Source: Candidatus Dormiibacterota bacterium (GTDB lineage: Bacteria > Chloroflexota > Dormibacteria > Aeolococcales > Aeolococcaceae). Taken from it: 64,000 nt of DNA. The stretch is taken from assembly GCA_963709585.1 (NCBI GenBank), contig CAVPXI010000015.1, forward strand, positions 64,001 through 128,000. Direction: 5' to 3'. The first letter of the stretch is position 1. Each line of letters starts with the position of its first letter. Of this stretch, positions 30,081-39,767 are shown piece after piece. The notes under the pieces were generated by a model that made no database searches, was not told where the DNA came from, and worked only from the letters and a program-made list of their open reading frames with translations. Both the position numbers and the translations under genes were made by a program.

Positions 30081-30352
30081 AGTCATTTGCCTCGGGACGC
30101 GATGCTCGAGACGAGCGGAGCGTCTCTCTGATCGGGAGAGCGCATCGCCGGCAGGTTCGACCGAGCCGCAGCCTCCAGCCCCTGTGGAAACCGTCCACCG
30201 GCTGGAGCCGCGTTGACGATGGACCAAGTTGGAGCCTCCCGCCACTCTGGGAAGCGCCACTCGGCGGTGAGGGCGAATTCTTGGGTGTTCGGGCTAAGCC
30301 GGCTGGTCTTCCAGCGTACAAACGCGCATGGCAACAGCCGGCACTCTTTTAG
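30077..30352 (+). CDS. Hypothetical protein (91 aa)
   Basis: Extended -10 TGCTACGAT and RBS AAGGGAG before the ATG; no recognisable family. Confidence 0.4.
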   Translation: MKSFASGRDARDERSVSLIGRAHRRQVRPSRSLQPLWKPSTGWSRVDDGPSWSLPPLWEAPLGGEGEFLGVRAKPAGLPAYKRAWQQPALF

Positions 30353-30397
30353 CTTCTCGCGCGTCGGCCGACCGCGGCACGCAGTACGCTCACTGAT

Positions 30398-30997
30398 ATG
30401 ACGTATTGGTGGGAGGCATCTACCGTCGGTGCCGCGGTGCTCGTAAGCGCCTTGATCGGCATCTTCATCGGCGTACGGATGGCGCGACGAGAAAACGGCG
30501 GCTGGGCCGAGCCGGCGGTCTCGACTCGTCATCTCGAGCGTCGGGCGGTTGCGTACCTCGAGGTATCGATGGGCTGGCACGCGTACTTCGAGTCGGTCCG
30601 ACCCCTCGCCTTCCCGGCGGAAGGATTCCTCTCCGACCAGCCCCGGGACCTGGCGGGAGTCATCCGCTCACGGGCTCAACTCGCACAATTCGGCACCTTA
30701 TCGGCGCAGCAACTCCACGACGACGCCCTCGAGGCGGCAGTCGCGCTCATCAATGTTTTGCGATCGCTGCCGCCGACACCGGGCTCGGGCGAGCCCGACC
30801 TGAGCGCAGGACGCGACGCCCTGCGAGCCGCGCTCCGAGAGCTTGCCACGAAAGTGGACCAGCTCGAACGCCAGATGCGCTGGGAGCTTCAGCCTGGGCC
30901 GGCGCCGCCGGAGCGCCAGATCGAGGCAATCGGACGGGCAGGCGCCGCGCGCCGTCAGGGCACCCCCGCTCGGAGTGGAACAAAGCCGCTCCGCTAG
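30398..30997 (+). CDS. Hypothetical protein with N-terminal TM anchor and helical body
   Basis: VGAAVLVSALIGIFIGV followed by an amphipathic helical region. Confidence 0.65.
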   Translation: MTYWWEASTVGAAVLVSALIGIFIGVRMARRENGGWAEPAVSTRHLERRAVAYLEVSMGWHAYFESVRPLAFPAEGFLSDQPRDLAGVIRSRAQLAQFGTLSAQQLHDDALEAAVALINVLRSLPPTPGSGEPDLSAGRDALRAALRELATKVDQLERQMRWELQPGPAPPERQIEAIGRAGAARRQGTPARSGTKPLR

Positions 30998-31015
30998 GGC
31001 TCCTAAGAGGTCCAG

Positions 31016-31462
31016 CTACGCCTGGGTCATCGACTGCTCGGCTGCCGCTTTCAGGCCATCGAGCACCGGGCCCCAGTTCTGCTCCGCCATGGTGTTCGCC
31101 GCTTCCTGGCTGGGATTGTTGTCCTGCTCGACCGTGAGGATCGTCTCCTGCCCATGCTCGGCAAGCTCGTAGGTCACCGTGTGGTAGTTCTCAGGCTTGT
31201 CCTCACTGCCACCCATCGGGCTCCAGTGCGTGACCTTGAGCAGCTTCTTCGGGTCCACCGCGACGACGGTTCCCTTGTCCTCGTAGGCCTGCCCCTGCCA
31301 TTCGCCTTTCCAGGTGATCGGGTTGCCCACAGTCCAGTCGGTCTCCAGATTGGTGCCATACATGTACTGGCGGACCATGGCCGGATCGGTCAGCGCCCGC
31401 CAGACCACATCCGGCGGAGCGCTGACGGTGATTCGCTTCTTGGCGACGAAATTCGCAGTCAA
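31016..31462 (-). CDS. SRPBCC/AHSA1 domain protein
   Basis: VSAPPDVVWRALTDP..TDWTVGNPITW..NWGPVLDGLK. Confidence 0.9.
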   Translation of the reverse strand: MTANFVAKKRITVSAPPDVVWRALTDPAMVRQYMYGTNLETDWTVGNPITWKGEWQGQAYEDKGTVVAVDPKKLLKVTHWSPMGGSEDKPENYHTVTYELAEHGQETILTVEQDNNPSQEAANTMAEQNWGPVLDGLKAAAEQSMTQA

Positions 31463-31589
31463 AGTTTTGCGTCCTCCATGGTCGGCTAGAATCGGTTGCT
31501 ACGGGAGCCTGTATTCGTACCTTAAGCAGGTTGGACCCCCGTCCGGCGCTGGGCTCAGGGGCTGCTCGTGACGTTCCGCCTATGCCGCC

Positions 31590-32420
31590 GTGATGCGGCG
31601 TCTATTCCGATGCGCCCGGTGGCCTTCCACACTGACAGGAAATGCTGCGCGTCAGGAACGGGATTGGTGCGGTCCACGGATCAGCGCCATCGATGGTGGC
31701 GGCCTGAGTACAGGCGACACAGTCGGATGGCCTCACCGTGAGAACCGGATTCTCGGTGCTCTTCCCCCTGCGGAGCGAGCGATGGTGTTGGAGGCGACGC
31801 ACACCGTAACCCTCGATGTGAGAGTGGTGCTGTTCGAGCCAGGCGACACCGTCGATGCGGTCTACTTCCCTACGGACGGGGTGATCTCATTGGTGACCCC
31901 ACTGCACGATGGTGCCATCGTCGAGGTGGCCACAGTCGGCAACGAGGGGATCGTCGGGATCCCCCTGGTGCCACTCGGAGGCCTCGCCGTGCGTGCCATC
32001 ACCCAGGTCGCGGGGTTTGGCCTTCGGCTCGATGCGGCGGCGTTCCTGGAGTGGACCGAGCGAAGCCACGCCTTCCGGACGCTGGTCGACCGATACACGC
32101 AGGCTCTGTTCGGACAGATCGCACAGGCGGCCGCATGTAATCGACTCCACTCCAGCGAGGAGCGCCTGAGCCGCTGGCTGCTCATGAGCCAGGATCGCGT
32201 CGGATCGAATAACTTCATGATCACCCAGGAATTCCTCGGGCAGATGCTGGGGGCCCGGCGCTCGACAGTTTCCGTGTCGGCCGGCATCCTCCAGCGAGCC
32301 GGGCTCATCAGGTACAAGCGCGGACACGTCACGATCGTCGATCGCGAAGGGCTCGAGGCGGTGTCCTGCGAGTGCTATGCGGTGATCAAGGGGGAGTTGG
32401 ACCGAGTATCGGAGTCATAA
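31590..32420 (+). CDS. Crp/Fnr family transcriptional regulator (true start probably ~31700)
   Basis: ENRILGALP, VYFPTDGVIS, VGNEG, ACNRLHSSEERLSRWLL, TQEFLGQMLGARRSTVS, SCECY. Confidence 0.9.
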   Translation: MMRRLFRCARWPSTLTGNAARQERDWCGPRISAIDGGGLSTGDTVGWPHRENRILGALPPAERAMVLEATHTVTLDVRVVLFEPGDTVDAVYFPTDGVISLVTPLHDGAIVEVATVGNEGIVGIPLVPLGGLAVRAITQVAGFGLRLDAAAFLEWTERSHAFRTLVDRYTQALFGQIAQAAACNRLHSSEERLSRWLLMSQDRVGSNNFMITQEFLGQMLGARRSTVSVSAGILQRAGLIRYKRGHVTIVDREGLEAVSCECYAVIKGELDRVSES

Positions 32421-32711
32421 GCCGTCAAGAGCGGCTGCGAGGCGGAAGTCGCGCGCCGTGACGCCGCCGACATCGTGGCTCGACAACCCCACCGTGACCC
32501 TCCCCCATCCGACCAAGAGGTCAGGGTGATGGTTCTGAGCCTCGGCAACGACTGTCAAGCGATCGACGAACTCCACTGCGGCGACGAAATCCGGGAACGT
32601 GTATGACTTGACAAGCTTGCCGTCTTTGAACGTCCAGCCGGAGAGCGCCTGCAGGCGCTTGGCAAGGTCATCTGGGTCGAGAACGCCACGCGTCGGTGCT
32701 GATTCGCTCAT
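32415..32711 (-). CDS. phhB: Pterin-4-alpha-carbinolamine dehydratase
   Basis: FPDFVAAVEFV..AEAQNHHPDL..SHDVGGVTARDFRLA. Confidence 0.92.
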   Translation of the reverse strand: MSESAPTRGVLDPDDLAKRLQALSGWTFKDGKLVKSYTFPDFVAAVEFVDRLTVVAEAQNHHPDLLVGWGRVTVGLSSHDVGGVTARDFRLAAALDGL

Positions 32712-32713
32712 GT

Positions 32714-33577
32714 TCAGGAACTGGCCTCAATGTCGCTTCGATGCTCCGCCACATGCGGACGCTGGGCGCCGCCGGTGAGGTCGACGCTCTGATCAGCGGC
32801 TACAGCATCCTGGAGCGAGTGCAGCGTGTCGTGGAGCGCTTCGACGAGCTGTCTCAGATCTCGCCTGGGGAGGGAGGTCAACACCGGGTTCGCCTCGGTC
32901 TGTGGCCAGGCAACCCCGGAGAGTCGAGGATCCCAGGCTCCGGCCCATGACGGTGCGTCCGTGCCTCGCTCCCAGACTTCCGGCGGATCGGCGGTGCGCA
33001 GGTTGAACCGGTAACGGTTTCCAGACGAGTCGCCGCAGTACGCGACGAGGTTGGCCGCAACGTCCTCAGCGACGACCGCCATGCCCGGGTCGAGGTACCC
33101 ATCGGTATTCCCAACGAAGAGCATGTTCCGAAATGGACCGGGTTCGAAAATGTCGCCTGACGCCAGATGGAGCGTTCCTGAGAAGCCCCTGGCCTCCTCT
33201 CCACTCGAGCGGTAGAGGCCGCCACCCGCGCGCATCCAGACAACGAAGTTCAGCGCGGACCCGTTGCCGACGTTGCGGACCCGGACAGCCGCCCACGGTT
33301 GCTCGCGAATCCCCATGGGTGGCTCGTCGATCAGGACGAGCAGTGGCTGTATCGCTGCGGCGCGATCCCGGTGTGTCCCCTCAGCGAGGGCTCGCGCCGC
33401 TTCCGCCTGCTGACCAGCCGTTTCCAGCAGAGTCAGGTTGTGCTCGACGAGCCGCTTGATTTCGGCTCTCAGGGCACGGGTGCGCCGCCCCAGCCAAATG
33501 ATCGCCACCGCCATGGCGATGATGGCGAGCCCGACCACGATTGCCGCGGCCGCCTCGATAATCGGTGTCCAGTCCAT
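32714..33577 (-). CDS. Hypothetical protein with N-terminal TM, coiled coil and beta-rich domain
   Basis: IIEAAAAIVVGLAIIAMAVAIIWL; IQPLLVL..VRVRNVGNGSALN. Confidence 0.7.
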   Translation of the reverse strand: MDWTPIIEAAAAIVVGLAIIAMAVAIIWLGRRTRALRAEIKRLVEHNLTLLETAGQQAEAARALAEGTHRDRAAAIQPLLVLIDEPPMGIREQPWAAVRVRNVGNGSALNFVVWMRAGGGLYRSSGEEARGFSGTLHLASGDIFEPGPFRNMLFVGNTDGYLDPGMAVVAEDVAANLVAYCGDSSGNRYRFNLRTADPPEVWERGTDAPSWAGAWDPRLSGVAWPQTEANPVLTSLPRRDLRQLVEALHDTLHSLQDAVAADQSVDLTGGAQRPHVAEHRSDIEASS

Positions 33578-33790
33578 GACCGCAGTAAGTGATGCCGTGG
33601 ATCGCAGTTCAGCAGGCCGGCGAGAACGTTCCAGAGGCATGTGCTCCCTGGCCGCTCGAAATGACGCCACCGGCACCACGAATCTGCGGACGCACCGCTT
33701 CTCCACCCCCTAAACTCGAGTCAAACCCCCGCGCTATCAACAACCCTACACATTGCGGGAGCGGATCGCAATCGTTCGATCAACGAGCCC

Positions 33791-34371
33791 ATGAGCGCGA
33801 CCAGGATTCTCTGCTTTCACGGCTATCACGGCAGCGCCGCCATCCTCCGCCGCCAGATCGCTCCCGTCGCAGCCAGCGTTCCCGCCGAGGTCGAGTTGGT
33901 CTTCGTCGATGCCCCGTCGTTGTCGCGGGGTGGCTTTGGATGGTGGCACGAGGGGTTTCGTGGGTGGGAGGACACCCGCGACTGGGCGATGGAGCTCGTC
34001 GGCCGGCAACAATTCGACGGATTGTTCGGCTTCAGCCAGGGGGCCGCGCTGGTGGGGTTGCTCGGCGCCATCGCTGACGGAGAATCCGCACCCATCTCCT
34101 TCGACATGGCTGTGATGGTCAGTGGCTTTAGAGCAGCTTGCCGGAACACGAGCACCTCTTCCCGCGCAAGCTGGGTGTTCCGTCGCTGCGCGTCATCGGC
34201 CGCGCTGACGGCATTGTGCCGATGCATGATTCTTTGCTCCTGGCCGAGCGCTTCGCTCATCCGGCGATCCTCGAGCACCACGGAGGACATGTCATCCCCG
34301 ACGACCCGGCGATCACCACGCGAATCGCTGATTTCGTACGACCTGGAGCCACGGTCAAGAGCTCGGAGTAA
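33791..34371 (+). CDS. FSH1/DUF341-type serine hydrolase (frameshift ~34130)
   Basis: RILCFHGY, FDGLFGFSQGA, then PSLRVIGRADGIVP and HHGGHVIP in the shifted frame. Confidence 0.82.
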
Positions 34372-34384
34372 AGCGATCGACGCT

Positions 34385-34655
34385 CGGCGCGGACGCCGTG
34401 GTGGCCTTGGCGTATCCGCTGCTCGGTCCGGACAGCCCGACTGAATTGCTGGGCACCCGCGACCGACCCTCGTTGCGCAGGGCGGCGAGGACCCGCTCGG
34501 TCGTCCCGATCAGTTCCCGAAGCTACCGCCCGATATCGAGCGGGTGGCGATCCGTGGCGCGAATCACGTGTTCGCCACCGGAGCGCCGAACTCGTCCGGC
34601 GAACCGCTCGCGCAGCTCACCGCCGCGGTTATCGAATGGTTGGATCGCCGGCTGA
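34385..34655 (+). pseudogene. C-terminal remnant of an alpha/beta hydrolase
   Basis: VVALAYPLLGP, then after a shift TLVAQGGEDPLGRPDQFP..GANHVF; no N-terminal half. Confidence 0.55.
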
Positions 34656-34668
34656 CGACAGGAGCCGG

Positions 34669-35280
34669 TTACGAGAGCGACGCTGGTTGACCAATGCCAG
34701 ATGCGATAACTGAATCCTGGCTCCACCGGGCGAACGCGGTCGCGAGACCGGTGACCAGCCGGTCGAAACTGCGATCGATGTCGACGGGTAGTCCGAACCC
34801 ACCGCCGGCCTCAAGGGTCACAAAGCCGTGCAATGCCGCGCGCAGGGCGCGGATGGCGTCGATGGCGTCGTCGTCGCGCAGGTCGTACCCCGCCATGACG
34901 TCAAGCGCCACGCGCACCACGTTGGCGGTCGCGATCTCGTCACCGACGTCTCCAGGCACCGGTGCGCGTTGGACCGCGGCGTAGCGCCCGGGATGTCGAA
35001 TGGCCCACGCGCGGTATGCCCGCGACATCGAGGCGACGGCTTCGCCGCGAGCACGACCGACGGACGCGCGAGAGAGAACGCCGGCGAGCTCATCCTTGGC
35101 CCGCATCGCGATCCCGCGTCGGAGTCCGTCGAGGCCGGCGATGTGCTTGTACAGCGACGGCTGCCGGACCCCCAGCCGATCGGCCAGCGCCGCGATCGTC
35201 AGATTCGTCCACCCAACCTCGTCGGCGATCCGCTCGCCCTCCTCGACGACACGGGTCTGGGTGAGCCCCGCTCTAGGCAC
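34669..35280 (-). CDS. TetR family regulator (WHG-type C-terminus)
   Basis: PRAGLT..LTIAALADRLGVRQPSLYKHI; AYRAWAIRHPGRY; ALHGFVTLE. Confidence 0.92.
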   Translation of the reverse strand: MPRAGLTQTRVVEEGERIADEVGWTNLTIAALADRLGVRQPSLYKHIAGLDGLRRGIAMRAKDELAGVLSRASVGRARGEAVASMSRAYRAWAIRHPGRYAAVQRAPVPGDVGDEIATANVVRVALDVMAGYDLRDDDAIDAIRALRAALHGFVTLEAGGGFGLPVDIDRSFDRLVTGLATAFARWSQDSVIASGIGQPASLS

Positions 35281-36106
35281 GGTCGCGCGGGGAGGTGAGA
35301 AAGCGCAGCACGGCGGCCGTGGTGACGTCGGGCTGCTGCGACTGAGGGTAATGCCCGGCCTCGGAGACGATGACGGCTTCGCCACGGAGCACCTCGGCGA
35401 TCCAAGCGGCTTCGGCCTTCGGGTCGGGAAAATCGGGATCCCGGTCGCCCATCATCACCAGGGTTGGCGCCGAGACGCCGCTGAGTTGCGCCTCGGCCGG
35501 ATCGTGGCTCGTGTGCGTCGTGCGCGAGAAGGCTTTGGCATATCCCGGGCGGCGCAGGCTCGCCACCACCCGATCCCGGTATGTCTGAAAATCGTCGGGT
35601 CGCCGGCCGGCGTAGAGCCGCGGCATGTAGGACTTCCATGCCGTGGCCGCCCAGAGCGGAGCCATGGCCACGCCAAGGAGCAGCCGCTGCATCGCGTTCG
35701 TCCGGGCGTTGCGGACGAACGGGCCGACGAGAACGAGGCCGTTCACGAGTTCGGGTCGCTCTGCGGCCATGATGACCGCCGCCGCCGCGCCCATGGAATT
35801 CCCGACGATCACTGCGGGGCCACCGAGCTCCTCGACCAGAGCAACGAGGTCGGCAGCGGTCTCGGAATCGCCGTAGGTCGGGAACGTCGTGTCACTGTCG
35901 CCCTGGCCACGGAGGTCGCTCACGGCGACTTGGTAGCCGGCCTCACGAAGAGCCGGCGCGACGAATCGATACGTGGCGCGCAGATCGCCCATGCCGGGTA
36001 CGAGCACCACCAGAGGACCGTCTCCTCCGACGTCATAGGCGACCCGTCCATCGGATCGGGCCAGATAGCTGGTTGCCTGGCTGCGGGTGGCGGAATCTGT
36101 TTCCAT
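35273..36106 (-). CDS. Alpha/beta fold hydrolase
   Basis: LVPGMGD, DLRGQGDS, GNSMG, MGDRDPD, AGHYP. Confidence 0.92.
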   Translation of the reverse strand: METDSATRSQATSYLARSDGRVAYDVGGDGPLVVLVPGMGDLRATYRFVAPALREAGYQVAVSDLRGQGDSDTTFPTYGDSETAADLVALVEELGGPAVIVGNSMGAAAAVIMAAERPELVNGLVLVGPFVRNARTNAMQRLLLGVAMAPLWAATAWKSYMPRLYAGRRPDDFQTYRDRVVASLRRPGYAKAFSRTTHTSHDPAEAQLSGVSAPTLVMMGDRDPDFPDPKAEAAWIAEVLRGEAVIVSEAGHYPQSQQPDVTTAAVLRFLTSPRDRA

Positions 36107-36110
36107 GTTG

Positions 36111-36146
36111 GCTACTGTACTTAGCTTTAAGGCTAATGTCAATAGC
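36111..36146 (-). promoter_or_regulatory. Leaderless sigma70 promoter with two tandem GCTA-N7-TAGC operators
   Basis: Minus strand TTGACA (36142-36137), 17 bp, TACAGT (36119-36114), 7 nt before the ATG; palindromes at 36111-36125 and 36132-36146. Confidence 0.8.
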
Positions 36147-36159
36147 CATTCGGACCGAG

Positions 36160-36777
36160 CTATCCGTGCCGCCCAGCAGCGATCGATGCCAGCCGCTCCT
36201 CATCGATGACGGTCACCGATCCTGCCGCCGTGGCGATGACACCTTCTCGTCGGAGTGCGCTGAGTTCCCTGCTCACCACCTCGCGCACGGTGCCGGCGGC
36301 GTCAGCCAACCGCTGATGGCTGATGTGCGCGACCGGGCGTCCGCCGGGACCTCGAAGCGACACCGCGCCAAGATGGCGAGCGATCCGCATGGTCGTCGAT
36401 TGTGCGGATTCGTCGGCAATTGCCCGCAACCCCTCTGTCGCCATCGTTGCCAGGTGCTCGGCGACCGCCCACAGCAGGTCAGGTCGCTGTGCGGTCGCTC
36501 GATGAAGCTCGTCAATGGTCGACACCGTCAGGGTGGTGTCGGTGATCGCCTCCGCCTTCCAATCCTCGCTGCCGGCAAGGGCACCGGCAAGGCCGATGAG
36601 ATCCCCGGCGCGCGCATCGCCGATCGTCAACTGCCGTCCCATGGGCGTCGTGATGAAAGAACGAACGACGCCGGTTTCCACCAGGGCGATCATCGAGACC
36701 TGCCCCGGCTGAAAGATGAGCGCACCCCTGGCTGCGTGGAGCCGGTCGGCGCCGACCCCGAGCAGTTGTTCCCACAT
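36160..36777 (-). CDS. Crp/Fnr family transcriptional regulator
   Basis: VETGVVR..GRQLTI..GDLIG; ISHQRLADAAGTVREVVSRELSALRREGVI. Confidence 0.85.
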   Translation of the reverse strand: MWEQLLGVGADRLHAARGALIFQPGQVSMIALVETGVVRSFITTPMGRQLTIGDARAGDLIGLAGALAGSEDWKAEAITDTTLTVSTIDELHRATAQRPDLLWAVAEHLATMATEGLRAIADESAQSTTMRIARHLGAVSLRGPGGRPVAHISHQRLADAAGTVREVVSRELSALRREGVIATAAGSVTVIDEERLASIAAGRHG

Positions 36778-36975
36778 CCCAGAACTACATGTCGTGCAAG
36801 GTACGCTCAGGATGGGTCCTTCTCGTGCTCAGGGTGTGCGGAACTCGAGTGTGGCCCCCCGACGCCATCGTCGGAGTGGGCGCCATATCACGTAGATGTG
36901 GGCGGAGTGTCACTCCCGCTTTGAATCAGAGCCACCGACCGGGCGACGCTTACCTCGGGGCAGTGTCTCGCCGCG

Positions 36976-37857
36976 TCATGATCCCGTCGGCTCCTGCGAA
37001 CCCGGCTCTTCGGCGGTGAGACGCGCCCGCGCCCTGACGCGCGATGTCGTCGCAGGCACGCTCGGCGCGCCGGCCACGCCGTTGGTCGCGACTCGCTCGC
37101 GCGACATGAAACTTCCGAGCTCCTCGATGGTGCTCATGATCGGAGACGGGAACACTACCGTCGTGTTCTTGTCGACGCCGATCTCGACCAGGCTTTGGAG
37201 GTTGCGCAGCTGAAGCGCGACTGGGTGGGCCATCATGATGTCGGCGGCGACGCCGAGTTGATCCGCCGCCAAAGCCTCGCCCTCGGCGGCGATGATCTTG
37301 GCCCGCTTTTCGCGTTCCGCCTCCGCCTGGCGTGCCATCGCCCGCTTCATGCTGTCCGGGAGTTGGATGTCCTTCAGCTCCACCAGCGTGACCAGCACGC
37401 CCCAGTCCGCGGTGGCGACGTCAAGGAACTGGCGAATGGTCAAGTTGATCTTGTCGGTCTCGGCCAACGTCTCGTCAAGGGTGTGCTGGCCGACCACCTT
37501 CCGCAGCGTCGTCTGCGCGATCTGATTGATGGCTGCGGCGACGTTCTCGATGGCAATGACCGACTTGACCGCGTCCACGATCTTGAAGTACGCGACCGCC
37601 GAGACGTTGATGGTGACGTTGTCGCGGGTGATGATCCCCTGCGACTCGATCGGCATGGTGACGATGCGCAGGGACACGCGGCGCAGAACGTCGATGATCG
37701 GCACAATCGGCCGAAGACCCGGCTTCCGGAGGCCGATCACTTGGCCAAGCCGGAAGTGGACGCCCATCTCGTACTGCTGAACGATGCGAATCGAAAGAAG
37801 CAACCCGAACAGGGCCACGACCACAATGACAATCACGACGATGAGGATGGCTTCCAC
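36976..37857 (-). CDS. SPFH/stomatin (slipin) family protein
   Basis: [52 protein letters not shown]. Confidence 0.95.
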   Translation of the reverse strand: MEAILIVVIVIVVVALFGLLLSIRIVQQYEMGVHFRLGQVIGLRKPGLRPIVPIIDVLRRVSLRIVTMPIESQGIITRDNVTINVSAVAYFKIVDAVKSVIAIENVAAAINQIAQTTLRKVVGQHTLDETLAETDKINLTIRQFLDVATADWGVLVTLVELKDIQLPDSMKRAMARQAEAEREKRAKIIAAEGEALAADQLGVAADIMMAHPVALQLRNLQSLVEIGVDKNTTVVFPSPIMSTIEELGSFMSRERVATNGVAGAPSVPATTSRVRARARLTAEEPGSQEPTGS

Positions 37858-38172
37858 GTTCAGTGCCTCCAGCTGGGATTGAGGTTCGGCTCCCGACGAT
37901 CCGGGCTCGGGGAGACGCAGCGAGCCACTTGCCGGCAGATCATGCTCCGCCACACAGGTACTGATGAGCGCCGGCCATCACCCAGGGCCGTGACCCGGCG
38001 CGTCGCTTGCAACTGCGCTGCTGGCGCTCCCGGCGAGGAGGGTGATGACGTTTCGGCATGGTGACGCTCCCACCCCACGTTGAACCATACGGGGCCGCGT
38101 TACAACTCTGCGGCGAGGCGATCCGACGGTACGCGGCGACCGGCGCGGCCTGGTCCTCCCCGGCGCCGCCTG

Positions 38173-38829
38173 CTACCGCGGTTGCGCGGTGATCCGGATA
38201 TAGGGCTTGGGCGACCTGTAGCCGGGAAAGAGCTGCTTCGCCTCGTCGTCCGAGACCGAGCCGGCGATGATCACGTCGTCGCCCTGCTTCCAGTTGGCCG
38301 GAGTCGCGACCCGGTGCTTTGCCGTCAGCTGGAGCGAGTCGATCACGCGCAGAACCTCGTCGAAATTGCGCCCGGTGGTCATCGGGTACACCAGGATCAG
38401 CTTCACCTTCTTGTCCGGGCCAACGACGAAGACGTTGCGGACCGTCTGGTTGTCTGCCGGCGTCCGCTGCGCGGGGTCACCCGAGATGCTGGCCGGCAGC
38501 ATCTCGTAGAGCTTGGACACGTTGAAATCGGCGTCGGCGATGATCGGATATGTGGGGCGAGCCCCCTGGGTCTCCTCGATGTCGTCGGCCCACTTCTCGT
38601 GCTTCTCCATCGGGTCGACCGAAAGGCCGATGACCTTGACGTTGCGGCGCTCGAACTCGGGCTCGATCCTCGCCATGTAGCCGAGCTCTGTGGTGCAGAC
38701 CGGGGTGAAATCCTTGGGGTGCGAAAACAGGACCGCCCACGAATCCCCGATCCAGTCGTGGAAGGAGATCTTGCCCTGCGTGGTCTCCGCCTCGAAGTCG
38801 GGCGCCGTGCTGCCGAGCGAGAGAGTCAT
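38173..38829 (-). CDS. 1-Cys peroxiredoxin (Prx6)
   Basis: FSHPKDFTPVCTTEL, YPMTTGRNFDEVLR, ATPANW. Confidence 0.96.
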   Translation of the reverse strand: MTLSLGSTAPDFEAETTQGKISFHDWIGDSWAVLFSHPKDFTPVCTTELGYMARIEPEFERRNVKVIGLSVDPMEKHEKWADDIEETQGARPTYPIIADADFNVSKLYEMLPASISGDPAQRTPADNQTVRNVFVVGPDKKVKLILVYPMTTGRNFDEVLRVIDSLQLTAKHRVATPANWKQGDDVIIAGSVSDDEAKQLFPGYRSPKPYIRITAQPR

Positions 38830-38923
38830 CGTGGTCCTCCTGGTTGCATCCATTTCGCGCGGCGGTTACCACCACAAACGCCACACAAGTATGCCGATCC
38901 AGTGGTTCCGGCCGTCGCGCGGA

Positions 38924-39739
38924 TCAGATCGGGGCAGCCACCGGCTCGAAGCCGGCGAGCATCGCCTGCAGCGCCTGCTGATTGGGGCCGACGAAGGGGT
39001 TGGCGCCCGGCGCGAGCGCGAGCATGTCGAAAAGCCGTGTTCCCAACGGCCGTTTTGCGGGCGGCAGGTGCGTGCTCAGGATGACGTCCGGGTCGAAAGC
39101 GTGCATCGCCCGGACCGTCTGAAGGTAGCGGCCGGTATCAGCCGTGTGCACCCAGGGGCTGTCGATGGTCGCCCACAGGAGCTGCCCGGCAAGCAGTTCC
39201 GCGGCGGGTACCTCACCGACGTCGCCAGAGCCGGCGAGTTCGGCCGTCGCGAGCGGAGCGCCGAAGCAGTCGGAGCTGAAGCACGCGCGCGAGCGGTCGT
39301 CATAAAAGCCCACGGTGGCCGGGTTGTCGAAGAGCGCCGGGCGGAACGCATGCAGGGTGCGATCACCGACGTCCAGCTTTTCGCCGGGATTCAGCAGGTA
39401 GAGGCGGTCAAGTGGCAGCGGCCGCTCGGTCGACATGATGCCCGCGCCAATAAACGTGGTGATCAGGCGGGCGCGCGGCGCGGCGTCAAGGAGTTCGAAG
39501 AGACCACCGGTGTGATCCCGGTCGGGATGCGTGAGCCAGATCCACCGGACGTCCGCAGGATCCATGACGGCGCTGAGCGCGTGCACGAAGTCACGGTCGG
39601 GCAACCCGAGTCCGGTATCGACGACGACGGGCTCGCGCGCATGCAACACGAACGCGTTGACCGGAAGGAACCCGATGCCAGGCACCTCGAGTTGGTCGCT
39701 GAGAACGGTGACGTGCTCGTTGATTCGATGGGTGTTCAT
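38924..39739 (-). CDS. Metallo-beta-lactamase fold protein (FprA/ODP-like)
   Basis: VNAFVL..VDTG, WLTHPDRDHTG, FSSDCFG, ILSTH. Confidence 0.85.
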   Translation of the reverse strand: MNTHRINEHVTVLSDQLEVPGIGFLPVNAFVLHAREPVVVDTGLGLPDRDFVHALSAVMDPADVRWIWLTHPDRDHTGGLFELLDAAPRARLITTFIGAGIMSTERPLPLDRLYLLNPGEKLDVGDRTLHAFRPALFDNPATVGFYDDRSRACFSSDCFGAPLATAELAGSGDVGEVPAAELLAGQLLWATIDSPWVHTADTGRYLQTVRAMHAFDPDVILSTHLPPAKRPLGTRLFDMLALAPGANPFVGPNQQALQAMLAGFEPVAAPI

Positions 39740-39767
39740 GTGTTGGTTCCCTGTGAGTCGATGGCGT

